DNA from: Raillietiella orientalis
Taxonomy: Eukaryota
DNA: 64,000 nucleotides
Assembly (NCBI GenBank): GCA_036172245.1
Contig: JAYWIR010000012.1
Coordinates: 3,038,001-3,102,000 of the forward strand
Direction of reading: 5' to 3'
Both the position numbers and the translations under genes were made by a program. Shown here piece by piece: positions 51,530 through 62,300 of this stretch. Within the stretch, counting starts at the first letter, position 1. The number at the start of each line of letters is the position of its first letter. The notes beneath the pieces were generated by a model that saw nothing but the letters and a program-made list of their open reading frames with translations, made no database searches and was not told the origin of the DNA.

Positions 51530-52220
51530 GAGGCCATGTGGTTGCGGTCTCCGCGCATGGCACCAGGAGTCACGAGTTCGAATACTCGGCAAGAATCGAC
51601 GCCGAGAGAGGGAGGGATGAGTCGTGGGTTCAAGTTCCTCCTGCAAGATGACTCTGGCTGGCCTACATTCATTCGGGTGCGGCACCGGTGGCGGTTCAAA
51701 CCGGATGTCCCCGATAAGTGGCCGGGATTGGGAGTCGATCCTCCGGGGTCCTTCCAGGAAGCAGAATCAAGGAGTCCAATTCCCTTCGGGGTTCCCCTCC
51801 GGTTGTACAAAGGAGCTGTCCCTCCCCCCTCATGGATGGACTCCGTCTCGTACCATGGAGCTGGTGGATGGATGATGCCACTCCAACGTGCAAAGAAGCG
51901 TGCCGCTTTCTTCGGGGAGCGTCCTTCAGAAAAGTTTTTGAAGTGTCCCTTCGAGGTTCTCTACTGAGAAGTAAGCAGGAACGGTTCCCTTGCGAGTTCC
52001 CCCCGGAGAAGAAATTCCAGGAGTGGGGATCCTTTCCGGGTTCCCTTCGGAGAAGAAAAAATGGAATGATCCCCTTCGGGGATCCCTACGGGGAGAATAA
52101 GGAAGAGGTAGTTCCCTTCGGGCTCCCTTAGGAGACAACCAGAGTGCAGGATCCCCTTAGGGGATCCTTCCCCAGGCGTTAGAGGAAAGGACTTCCTTCT
52201 CCGGAGCCTGGATTCATTGG
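51530..52220 (+). mobile_element. tRNA-headed repeat family copy with ~7 tandem ~40-bp monomers
   Basis: GGCCATGTGGTTGCGGTCTCC...GAGTTCGAATAC head; monomers at 51905-52200. Confidence 0.85.
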
Positions 52221-54449
52221 ATGGTGCCCTTCCGGCAGCCCCGCTCTTCCCCGAACGGGCTGCAGCGGAATTTCTGCTCCCCTCACGGCTCAGGGCGCAG
52301 ATCGGGAAAGTTTGCCAGCATCAGCGCCTGCTGGGAGCGGCGGCGGAGATTCTCCTGGCTCCGCAAACAGTCGGATTCTGAAACCATAGGATCTTCCTCG
52401 CATTTGAACCAAGACACCGTCCCCTGTGAGACCTCATGGGCCTACATGGAGCGTACACGGAAGTGGCCATCAAGGTTTACTACCGCGTCAGGGGTTCCGT
52501 TGCTGAGAGAAGCACGAGGCTCCTACATCAAGGCAAATTTACTACCTGACCCGTGCTTTGTGGTCAGAAAGGCAGCACGGTTATCCTCTTGAATCAAGAG
52601 AGGTTTGGCGATGGCGCCGTGCCCCACAGGAGGCAAGAAATGCAGCACTCCCAAGTTTGAGTTTCAGATTGTATCCTCCCCTTTTTTCCATTCTTCCTTT
52701 GCTGTCTGTTTCTCCTAAAAGTCTCGGACGCTCTTCTTTCGTTCTTTTTCTTCTGAACTGCGAGCATTATCTCGCTCTTGGCACTCCTTCCTTTCCGTAC
52801 GGCCTCACAAGCTGTTTGCAGACTCCACGCTGTCTCTAGCGCTCCCCATCATTCAGGGTTCCATGTGCACAATAAAAAAACAAAACTCCTTCCCTTTATC
52901 TCGGATCAGCTTCCAAGGTGCGATGCTCCTCTTCTCTGGGATGAGACCAGTGAGGCCTCGCAAATGTCGTCTTCCGAAGTCCTCAGGCTCTTGTGATCCG
53001 ATCTCATCAGCCGCGTACAAGTCGTAGCTGCCGGCGCGCGTATAAGGATCTCGATCCAGGCAGGGATCACGGGAGTTCTTTGCACCAGAGATCATCGTGT
53101 CTTTGCCATCCCTCTCGTTGGTTTGCCCCTCTTCTCGGAGGCTACCGAGCTCAGCTGAATGTCTTGGCGGCGGCAGCAGCAGCAGTGCCTCCCGAAGAAG
53201 ACCTCGTTTTTAACTCGCCATGCTGCCCTCTGGTACGGATTGGACAGAGATTAATTGGTAACACTGCTCAGGAGTTGATTCTCCTGCAGATAATTTCAGC
53301 TCAGGTAAGTTATCTTCGAGAGGCACTCAGAAGGAATCGGGGCGGCTGCGGCGACCTGCCTCTTCGCGGTGAGGAGCCAGCCGAAGATTTACGAGTAGCC
53401 GCCGAAGTCGCTTTTGCGCAAGAAAGTGGCGCGGGCGAGAAAAGGTTGCACCCGTACCGGCTTGAATTCCAAGCAGCCAGGTCGCGCTGACCGCTGCATT
53501 CCAATGGCGGTCTACGGGTCTCCGCGCGGCTTCCGGGAATGCTAAGTGACAAGCAGCCGCTTGGCCCACACGCGCGCGACTCGGCGAGTCCTCCACGTGT
53601 GCTCCGGGAGAACGCGCTGCGCACAGGAACGCGCTCGGACGGACGCGCTCGCGGCGGCACAACGAGGTGGATCTTTCCCCGCCGCCTCCTTTCCCGCGTG
53701 CACTCGAAAGTGCAGTTTCTGCTGGGAGCAGGACGCGAATCGCCAATCGCAACATCCATTCCCCGCCTTCCGATTTCTGCCTGGCCTGCTGCTTCTCCTC
53801 CTCCGGGGGTAAAAGAAGACCTTTGCGGAGAAGGGCTAGGCGAAGACTGACGGACTGCTGACGTTTCCATGGGAGTTGAGTTTAAGGCGGCCCCCTGCAG
53901 GCTGCAGAAGTCGCTCCACTCATCGCGCGGATCCCGTTCGCTGACGTCCACCGCCTTTTCAGGGATGATGAGCACACACGAGGGAGAGTGAAACTCTCGA
54001 CAGCTCGCCTCAGTAGATGCAGTCCACTTCGCCAGCAGGAAGAGGATCGAAAGAAGGCCCCTCTTCTGAGCCACACTTCCGACGAATCTTGGGATAGCGC
54101 GGTTTGGAAAGTTGCCCGTTTCGTGCGGGCATCTTAAGATGCTCGCACGCGATGCATCTCAAGACCAGAATAGGACGTCGGAATGCGACCACACTGAAGA
54201 GGTAGCTCTGAGGTAGCTCACACTGAAGTCCTTGCTAGGTTTTACCTTGTGTTAGGGTACAGGAGAAATGCGAGTCTTTCAAAGGCTTCCCCATCGCCTG
54301 CCAGACTGTTACCATCTTCCATCAGCGGCAAAAGATAGGCGGTGGGCAGCTAGGAGGGGGCATCGGTCCAAGGGGGTCTGCCTTTTCAGTGATGGCGGAG
54401 GAACGAGGATCAACATGCGGCGCTTGATTTTCACCCGGGTGCGCCGGGG

Positions 54450-56000
54450 CGTTTATTTTTCAACAAACCCATCAGAGAAAAAATTGTGGTTGGACCAGTG
54501 GTCCAACCACGCCCAATTTAAAAGAGACCTGCCGCGTCGCCGGGTCGCAGACCGGCGCGGCACACCACGGCAGCAGAGAAGAGGGGTAAAGAAAAAGAAA
54601 AAAAAAAGAAAACAAAAATAAAAAATAGATACACTATGGGGGAGTTTGGGAAGGAATCACTGTCCGCTGGTGGTAGTTCGGTCTTTCCTCTCTAGGATGT
54701 CGGCAAGGTCTTGCTGGATATTCCTTTCCATGTGGGACCATCTTGTTGCCATCCTGATGAATTGGACAGCGAAATGGATGGCATCCCTATCGCTGGGTCC
54801 TCCCATTGCTTTACTACAAACTGCGACGATCTCGCATCAGCAGCACCAGGCTGCAAGGGAGCCGCTGGCCGAAGGGCGTCGCTAACGAAGAGAGGTTTAA
54901 GAAAGTCCCTGGAGTTGCCTCCGGGGGTTCCCAGGGCAGCGGAAAAGCGTTCTCAGAGAAGCCAGAGGATAACACAGTTCAATAACAGGTGGGGGAGGTA
55001 TTCTCGTACCTCGCACCTTACACAGTTGGGGTCCACACGCACCCGCGTCCAGTGGTGACGGCGGGCGTTGCATGGAAGACCACAATGCAGCACCAACACA
55101 CCGATTGCTGCCACTCCAGGGGAGAGTGCGGTTGTCCATTAGCACCGGAGGCCACTTTAGGTGTTCCACTGGAACATCCAGCAGCTCATCCCAGCGCAAG
55201 AGTCCTTGGGGCGGTATACTCGGGGTCGGTGAGCTGGCCCGTCTTCCACTCGCCTAGTCCTTTCTCCCTTCCGGAGATTTTTGCCTTCACTTCCCATTTC
55301 GTCTCCATGCTGCTGCTCAGGTGCTCAATGAGGGAGAGCAGCGCTGCGGCGAGGGAACTTCTTGCTGCTAGATGCGGCGTTTAATGTTTCGGTTGAGCTG
55401 CTGAACCCATAGGCTGTGTCGTCCTCCATCCATCCATCCATTCTGCATCTTGCATTCTGAGCTACTCTGCGAGATTTACGGGTCGAGAGGCAGCGAGGAC
55501 TTATTCAACTTGCAATAATCACCGCTCAGTCGCCTTCCTCGCCTATGATACTGCCCGTGCGCAATACTGACTTATTCAAGACCTACTTGTTGTCTCCTCT
55601 AGTGCCTTTAGCAACCAGAGCTTTATTGTTTCCCTTCCAAAGTTGGCATCACCTGCATAGATGGCCTCGTTCTGCGGACTTCGAAGATGAGGGAGGAGCC
55701 AGTTCCCACCGTTTTCCCTGAGCTCTTCTATAGCTCTAAAATCGAAACAGTACATCAATAATAGTTCCAGGAGGCTGGAAAATCCTCTCTGGAGCTCCGT
55801 GCTTTTCCCTGAGCAGGTCTCTCTGTCCCTCGCTGACCCTCGCCGAAACTTCGTGGATGCTGCAGTTTGCATCCTCCAAACCCTGACGATGGTCAGGTCG
55901 CGCCCAAACCCCCTTCTTAGCATCCTCGGAATTCCCACTTCTTCCTGGAGATGAGCCCTTGACACGAACTCCAGGGATTTCACAAAACTTGTAGGCGGCT
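54450..56000 (-). mobile_element. L1/Tx1-type LINE relic: RT core, zf-RVT, T-rich 3' UTR
   Basis: LQRGFSSLLELLL (RQG..LSPLLF), IYAGD (YADD), LHCGLPCNARRHHWTRVRVDPNCVRCEVREYLPHLLLNC (clear zf-RVT). Confidence 0.8.
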
Positions 56001-56199
56001 GACAGGGGGATGGGTGGGAAAACTGCGGGCGGCGGAATTCTGGGAGAACTGGACCTACCTTAGCAGTGGCAGGTCGGATTCGCCTTCGTCGCCATGAACT
56101 GAAGAGCTCTCAGAAGCTGGGAGGCCTTTTCCAGAGATAGACGTTCCGAAAAGTCGAAGCTTGCGTACAGCAGAGAGGCTACGCTGCTGATTGCTTCCA

Positions 56200-56890
56200 G
56201 AAGCTCCTCCGTAAGTCCCGGGTTTTCTTTTTTTCAGTTCGCTAAGCAACAGCGACGGCTCACGAAGCTCTTCAACACTGTCCACGCCACTCGAGGGTGC
56301 GTGTCAACCCTTCGAGCTAGGGAGCATTCCGCGAGGGAACCACCCTATGAATTCAGGAAGAACTCCGAAGAAAGGAGTCCGTTCTTCTTACGCTTGGGAG
56401 GGAACTGCGAAGGGAACCACCTCTTCTTCACTCTCTCCGGAGAAACCTCCGGACGGGTCCGCTCCTTATTTGTTCTCCGGAGAGAATTTTCAATGGAACC
56501 GCTCATTGATTCCTCTTCTGAAGTAAATCTCGAAAGAACTTCTCCCTTTTCTATAATGGGTCTCTCTCTCTGAAGAGAGCAGTGCACTTCTTGAGACTCT
56601 GGAGAGGTATCAGTTCACCAGCCCCTCCATGGTACTCGACGCCTCCATCTTCAACACCGGAGGGGAACCTCGAAGAGCTCTTCTATTCTTGGAAGGATTT
56701 CGGAGGGTTAACTTCCAATCTCGGCCAGCCAAAGGGAATTTCCAGGTTCCACCAGTGTCGTCACACTCGAATAGGCCAACCAGTATCATCTTGCGGGAGA
56801 AACTCGAAACCCACGACGCATCCATTTCCTGGCGTCGATCCTTCCTCCTTAGTACCATATGCGGAGATAGCAGCAACACGGCCTACCAAC
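56200..56890 (-). mobile_element. tRNA-headed repeat family copy (first B-box deleted)
   Basis: Minus strand: TTGGTAGGCCGTGTTG...GGATGCGTCGTGGGTTTCGAG...CGCAAGATGATACTGGTTGGCC...GAGCTTCGTGAGCC. Confidence 0.85.
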
Positions 56891-56999
56891 AAGAAAGCTG
56901 TAAGTCCCAAGAGACCTGAGGCAGCTTTGATGGCGTTCCAATGCACCGCTGTTTGCCTAGCGTTAAGGTGCAGCACAAATACCTCGTGAGACAAGTACT

Positions 57000-58250
57000 G
57001 TAGCATCCTGGATATGCAGAAGAGAGGAAGGGCAGAATTGTAGCACAGAAAGGGTGTATTCTGGTTATCTCAGGAACCAAGGTCCTCGGAATCTTGCTCT
57101 CTTAATTCATCTCCCAAGAAAATCTCAGAAGAAGCGGAGGTCACTGTGGGACCACTGGGCTCCTGGGTGTCCCCAGAGCATCCATGTCCGAAAAAAGCTG
57201 GAAATAGGAAGAACACACGCGATCTGCCTCCGTAAGATGATGGTATACAGAACCGGAACACCCACCGCATTATGCTGTAGCTGGGACACCTTTCGAACGA
57301 CCAAGCGCTGACCAGAATAAAAGAGCATTGAGCTTCACCCCCTCGGGCAAAGCAAGTTTGGCCCAACGGCGCAAATCCCTGCTGCGAGCGGGCAAGCCTG
57401 TCCTAAAAAGCCCTTTCCTCGACAGCGGACACCTCGTCCTAGGCGCCAGGTGCGCGGACCTTGCAGACCTTGCCAGCTTCAAGCAGGTCGAGGGGACAGT
57501 GGAAACTGCAGAAGATCTCCTCCCCTGGACTTCTTCAGGTGATCTCGAATCTCTCGAAAGAATCCTCAAGAATGCGGAAAACATTCGTGCGAGAGCCGCT
57601 GCCAGCCGTTTCGCACGCGTCGGTAGGGATGTGGGCGTCATTAGCTGCATAGAAGGTATCTTCCTTTTCAAGGGCATCTACAGGATGATAATTTATTCAT
57701 CTCCTCGCTAAAACTGACGGCTGCCGAGATTTTCGACAGTTTTTCAAATGCGCTTTGCCCATAGGCGCTGTATTGATACCCTGTCTTTTTAGGGGAGTCG
57801 AATTCAAGGAGGCCACGAACCTCCGAGCTTCCTCCTCGAATGAATCAGCATCTTGTTTCCTTCCAAAAAGAACTCCTGGCGGTTTTTCGTCTCCATATTT
57901 TCTGCTGCCTTCTTGCCTCCTGCCCTCGATATCTAGAAAGCTGCTGGGACTGCGGCGCAGACTCATTGTGCAGGCACCGGGAAGCCACGACTTTCTTCCG
58001 CGGGGTCTTCTGCTGCCCTTCGACCCGCAGCCTGCGGGATGGCACCGCGCGACCGTTCCGAATCCGTCTTCCCTTTGGTGTGTTTGTACGATCGAGAAGT
58101 CCCCGCAGCCAACTCGCTCGCTTCCCCAGAAGCGCGTCTCCACCTCCTCGCATTCGCTACTCCCCGCTCTTCCTCACCCAAAGATCGCTCTTCGAAGACA
58201 TCCTCCGGAAGTTGAAAGCCGTCTGACAGCACGTGCACCATCCAAATAAA
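57000..58250 (-). mobile_element. LINE ORF2 endonuclease/linker relic
   Basis: VGCGDFS (GDFN); RSR...W....EGVKLN..LF (RSR..W..EGEK.S..F). Confidence 0.4.
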
Positions 58251-58309
58251 GACAGAACGATACAGGACTCCGCGTTTGCGGTGTCTGGGGCGAAAAGCGC
58301 CAGGAAGGA

Positions 58310-58346
58310 AGCTACTCCCAACTCCTAGGAGGAGTTGGGAGTAGCT
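58310..58346. repeat. Perfect 17-bp inverted repeat with 3-nt loop
   Basis: AGCTACTCCCAACTCCT AGG AGGAGTTGGGAGTAGCT. Confidence 0.95.
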
Positions 58347-60879
58347 GCCATCAACAAGGGGTAAAAAAGATCGATCCCAGGAGCAGTTAACTGATGCCTT
58401 TCATGTTCCATCCGTTCTCATCATTCGGACAGCATCCGAGACGTGTCTTGGTGTTGGTCACACGAAAGAGAAGAGAAAAGAGCAAGATCTCGCCTGGGAT
58501 GATAGGAGGGAGTCGCTCAGGAGAGACGAGACGAGGGACTGCCTCCCGCAAACCAAGGCAGCAGCCTCTCCCGCAAACGCCTGAATGCGATGCAGCTAGC
58601 AACAGGCGCTGCAGGAAGAGGGCTGGAGAATTTTTGGGAGTTTCCTGCAGCTCTCAGGATTCAGAACGACTTTTGGAGGACCAACGGGGATAGCTATCCC
58701 ATCGATCGCGCTCCTCCACGGAGCACGCCGACTGGGTGAAGCTGATGCTGGTTGTCCTCTGTGTCCTCTGGCAGCTGGATGGGCATCGTCTCCAGGCGTA
58801 GCTCGTACCTGAGGTGCATCTCCGATCGTATGATATACCCGTAGGGTTTCACGCTGCTCTGCCGCAGCAGGCAGTCATTGAACTGAAAGAGGACGCAGGC
58901 ATCGGCGTAGGGGATGCGCCATCCCCTCCCCTCCCTGCGTGCGTACCAGGAAGAAGTAGAGCGCCTGCAACCCCCCCTTCCTGCACAGATTCATCTAGTC
59001 TTTCGACCAGGAAGGATGATCTGGACCTGCGGGAAGCGGGTCCATAGCCTCTCGAAGCTTTTGATGAGGTGCTTCGAGTGGTTGACGTGGAGTCAGATGT
59101 CCCGGATGACGCGTGGGGGAGGGGAGGCGACTGCAGTGTCCTGAAATTCTTCGGTACCTTCTTCCAGGTGCTCCCATTAGCTATCTCGCAGGAGAGTGTG
59201 CTGGAGCAGCCATGGCACGGGCTGGAGCACGAAGTTCCGGGGGTCTTGCACTCGCGGGGCTTTCACGGAAGAACACTCTTCCACCTTCCTTCCCTCCACT
59301 CACGGAAGGTGGAGCAGACGCAGCCCCAAGACGAAGGAGGGAGGTAGTTTTCCATTAGCGAGGTATCCCTCAGGAAAGTTCCGCTGTAAATGCTGCTCAC
59401 TCCCGTCCGGGATCGTTATTATCCGTCTGGTGGTTTCCTCTTGGCTCCTCCTCCCCATTCCGTCCCGTCAGATGCACATTCGTGAGATGGGAATTTCGAC
59501 CCTCTCTCAACCAATCGTTTGCTCCCTTCCCCCCTCTTTTCCGGAGTGGTAATAAAAACAGAAGATCATAGTCATCATCATCGTCACCATCGTAAAAAGC
59601 CTCGGAAAAGCACCCTTGGGGATTGGGCGAAAGAGTTTATTAAAATTCCATTCCCCTGGCCGAAGACTTGCTCCGGACTCGGAGCTGGAAGAAGGAAAGC
59701 TTCCCGGGAAACACCACGGACTGCTCGTCCCCTCTCCCGACACGCGTGCAGAGTCATCTTCGCTTCTCACCCCCCCGTAGTAGCCGGGAGGGTGAAGGAG
59801 GGAGGGAAGAGGAGGAGGAGGGGGAGGAATGGGGGAGGAGGGGGGACTGAATCTGCCGCCGTAGGGGTAACGCGCGATCTGCCTGGCGAGGGGAGGGAGT
59901 CTAAGGTGCGGCCTTTCGCGTGCTGTAGGTCCGTGGGGGATTCTTTTTGATTCCAGGAAAGAAACGGACAGGAAGAAGCGGTCCGCGAGGCAGAGAGACC
60001 CATCTGGATCCCACGGAATCCCCTAGAAGCTTTGGCAGTTGCCAGCGTTCCCGAAGATTCCGGCAATCCTCTCGAGTGGTTGCTGCTTCTTTCGGGCTTT
60101 GCGAAAAAACTGCTTGGCTTCCTGAGCGAGCCGAGCCGGACTGCCGATCACGGACACAGTTGGCCACGAGATCCATCCAGCAGACTTTTATCTCCAGAAG
60201 AGGGAGGAGGTGTCCTCCAGGGTGAAGAGAGCATTCCACCCGATTTCGATACCTCTCGGATTGCAAGTGGCAAGGGTGGAGGAGAGAAAGTGGGGAGGAG
60301 GGGGGCTAAAGAAGGAGACACTGATGCCTCTCACGGGAACCCTCGAATGGGAAGAGGAGGGATGGCAAGGGACTTTTCCCCTCTCTCCTCCCTCGAGTAA
60401 GGAGGCAGGGAAGAGGAGGGGCCTTCATTGCGTCCAGCCTCCGAGAAGAATCATGCTGCTCTCGATCCTTCGTGGGTCTTTCGCCTCCAAGGGCGTGGCG
60501 CGGTGGGGTGGAGTCCCCTACCGAAAGCTGGGAGGAAAAGAGACCAGAGAAAACCGGAAAGAGAGATTCGCGGGAGCGCCACTGGGCTGCTCGGTTTCCA
60601 GCAAAAGACGCACGAACGAAGCGGATTCCGCGCGGTGGGACGGGACCACCGATGATCCAGATGGAACGCCCGCGACTGTGTTCTTCGACCTTCACCGAGA
60701 ATCCCCCAGGCATCGACCAAACTCCCTCTGCGTGCGAAGTGGCGCGCATGGCCAAACGGCTCCAGCAGACCGCACGAACTTGTGATGCGGCGAGCGGCTG
60801 CATTACAAGCCGGTAGCTGGGTACAGGAAAGCAGGAAATGGTTACCGGGAAAAGGAAGGAGGGGGGAGGAGATAAGCAG

Positions 60880-61420
60880 AAGTCCTCAAGGGGTGCGTCT
60901 TGCTTGAAATGTGAGTTTTTCTCCTAGCCCACATTCCTTCTTCGGACCAAACTTTAGGGCTTTGGTTTTTCCTCCCTCGTGTGCGCGCCGTGAAGACGAC
61001 GTCTCAGGCAAGCAGCTACGCCAATTTATTTCTGCCCTTCTGCGGGTGGCATCTGTCGGCGTTCCCACGAAGCATCGGGGGGACTTGCGAGGAGCTCGTG
61101 TCCGACGCTGATCCTTGAAAGCAGACGACGTCGAAGCGATGCGCTCCGGCTCGTCAAGGAGTTTTCTCCCCAGGAAACCGCGGAGTTTTCCATTCTTATT
61201 CTGCAAATTTCAAGGTCGCACCCAAACCAGTTCAGTGGATGGGCCAATGAAGGGGCTGCCATCTTCACTTGCTCCACCGTCTTCATGCCTTGTGCACCCC
61301 GTGCGAGCCCAGCCGTCCAGGATGGAGTCGAGGGAGGGCACCAGCAGCATCTACCTCCACTTGAAATCCACCATGCTCATAAGGAAGTTTTTCATCTGGT
61401 CACGCTCGGAGGCGTTCATT
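60880..61420 (-). mobile_element. L1/Tx1-type post-RT relic
   Basis: LNW....EI.R.R....SW....LTSRS....LLS.......PP and INW...P....GG. Confidence 0.5.
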
Positions 61421-61779
61421 TTGTAAAAATGAACCAGTCGGGAACACGCCGGTTCCCAACCGAAAACAAAAGAAGTTCAGAGGGAGGATCCACCGACACA
61501 CAGGACGGGATATCCGAAAGTCCGGAACGAGAAGGAGGGGGGGTAACCCCCCAAATGAGGAAATCCGGGGGGATGGGGCGAGGGGCTTTGGATTTGCTCT
61601 GCAGACACCGGGAGAAATGCATAAAAGGCCAAGAAAATGCCGGGAGAAAGAAAGTGGGCAGTAAAAAAGCGGAAGCGAATCAGAGGGAGTTTAGGATACC
61701 GGTGTCACCTGTCCGCCGTTCCTTCCTTTCAAAACCGGCGCTGGATTCTGGCGATCTCCACCTTCACTTCTTTCTGAAG

Positions 61780-62300
61780 GTGAGGCCACCTTGAAGCCGT
61801 CCTCATGTAGGCAATCTCCATTCCGTTGACCTCCCTCCGCTGCAATGTGATCGTCTCGAGAACATGGTGGGCCGTGACGATGGCTCAGATGCGACTCATC
61901 GCTGCGATCACAGCGCCTGTCCTCCCACCGCGAAGGACCGTCGCAGCACATCTCGGGAGCAGTGCCCTCCTGGAGCAGGAGTGCTGATGTCAGTCTCTAC
62001 CCGATTTCGATACCTCTCGGATTGCAAGTGGCAAGGATGGAGGAGCATTTCCTGGAGGGCACCCCCGTTCAGGAACAGTTGCGGCGGAATCGACTACGCC
62101 GACCCGCACCTGGCACATTTCGGGGATTCAGCCCTTGAGGAAAAACGAGAGTGCCGGAGCTCGTTGCACTGGAATGCTCCGTGCTGAAAGAGCAGCACAG
62201 ACCGTTTCTAGGAGAGCGGGACGCAGAGGCGTCCAGGCATTGCGGGAGGGACCACAAGCTCCTCGGGAGCAGCCCAAAATTTGGCTTCACCGAAGGAGTT
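61780..62300 (+). mobile_element. LINE ORF1-like relic
   Basis: CACCTTGAA.CCGTCCTCA is shared with 7906; LYPISIPLGLQVARMEEHF; VPELV...RHCGRDH (degenerate zinc knuckle). Confidence 0.5.

Noticed and set aside
51905..52200. CRISPR-like array
   Set aside because: The units are contiguous and degenerate with no unique spacers, the context is eukaryotic, and there are no cas genes.
52853..53095. Cadherin-like LDR...Y.L..AD.G motif
   Set aside because: The spacing is wrong and there are no other cadherin motifs or exon signals.
58310..58360. Helitron 3' terminus
   Set aside because: No CTRR followed by T at the expected distance on either strand.
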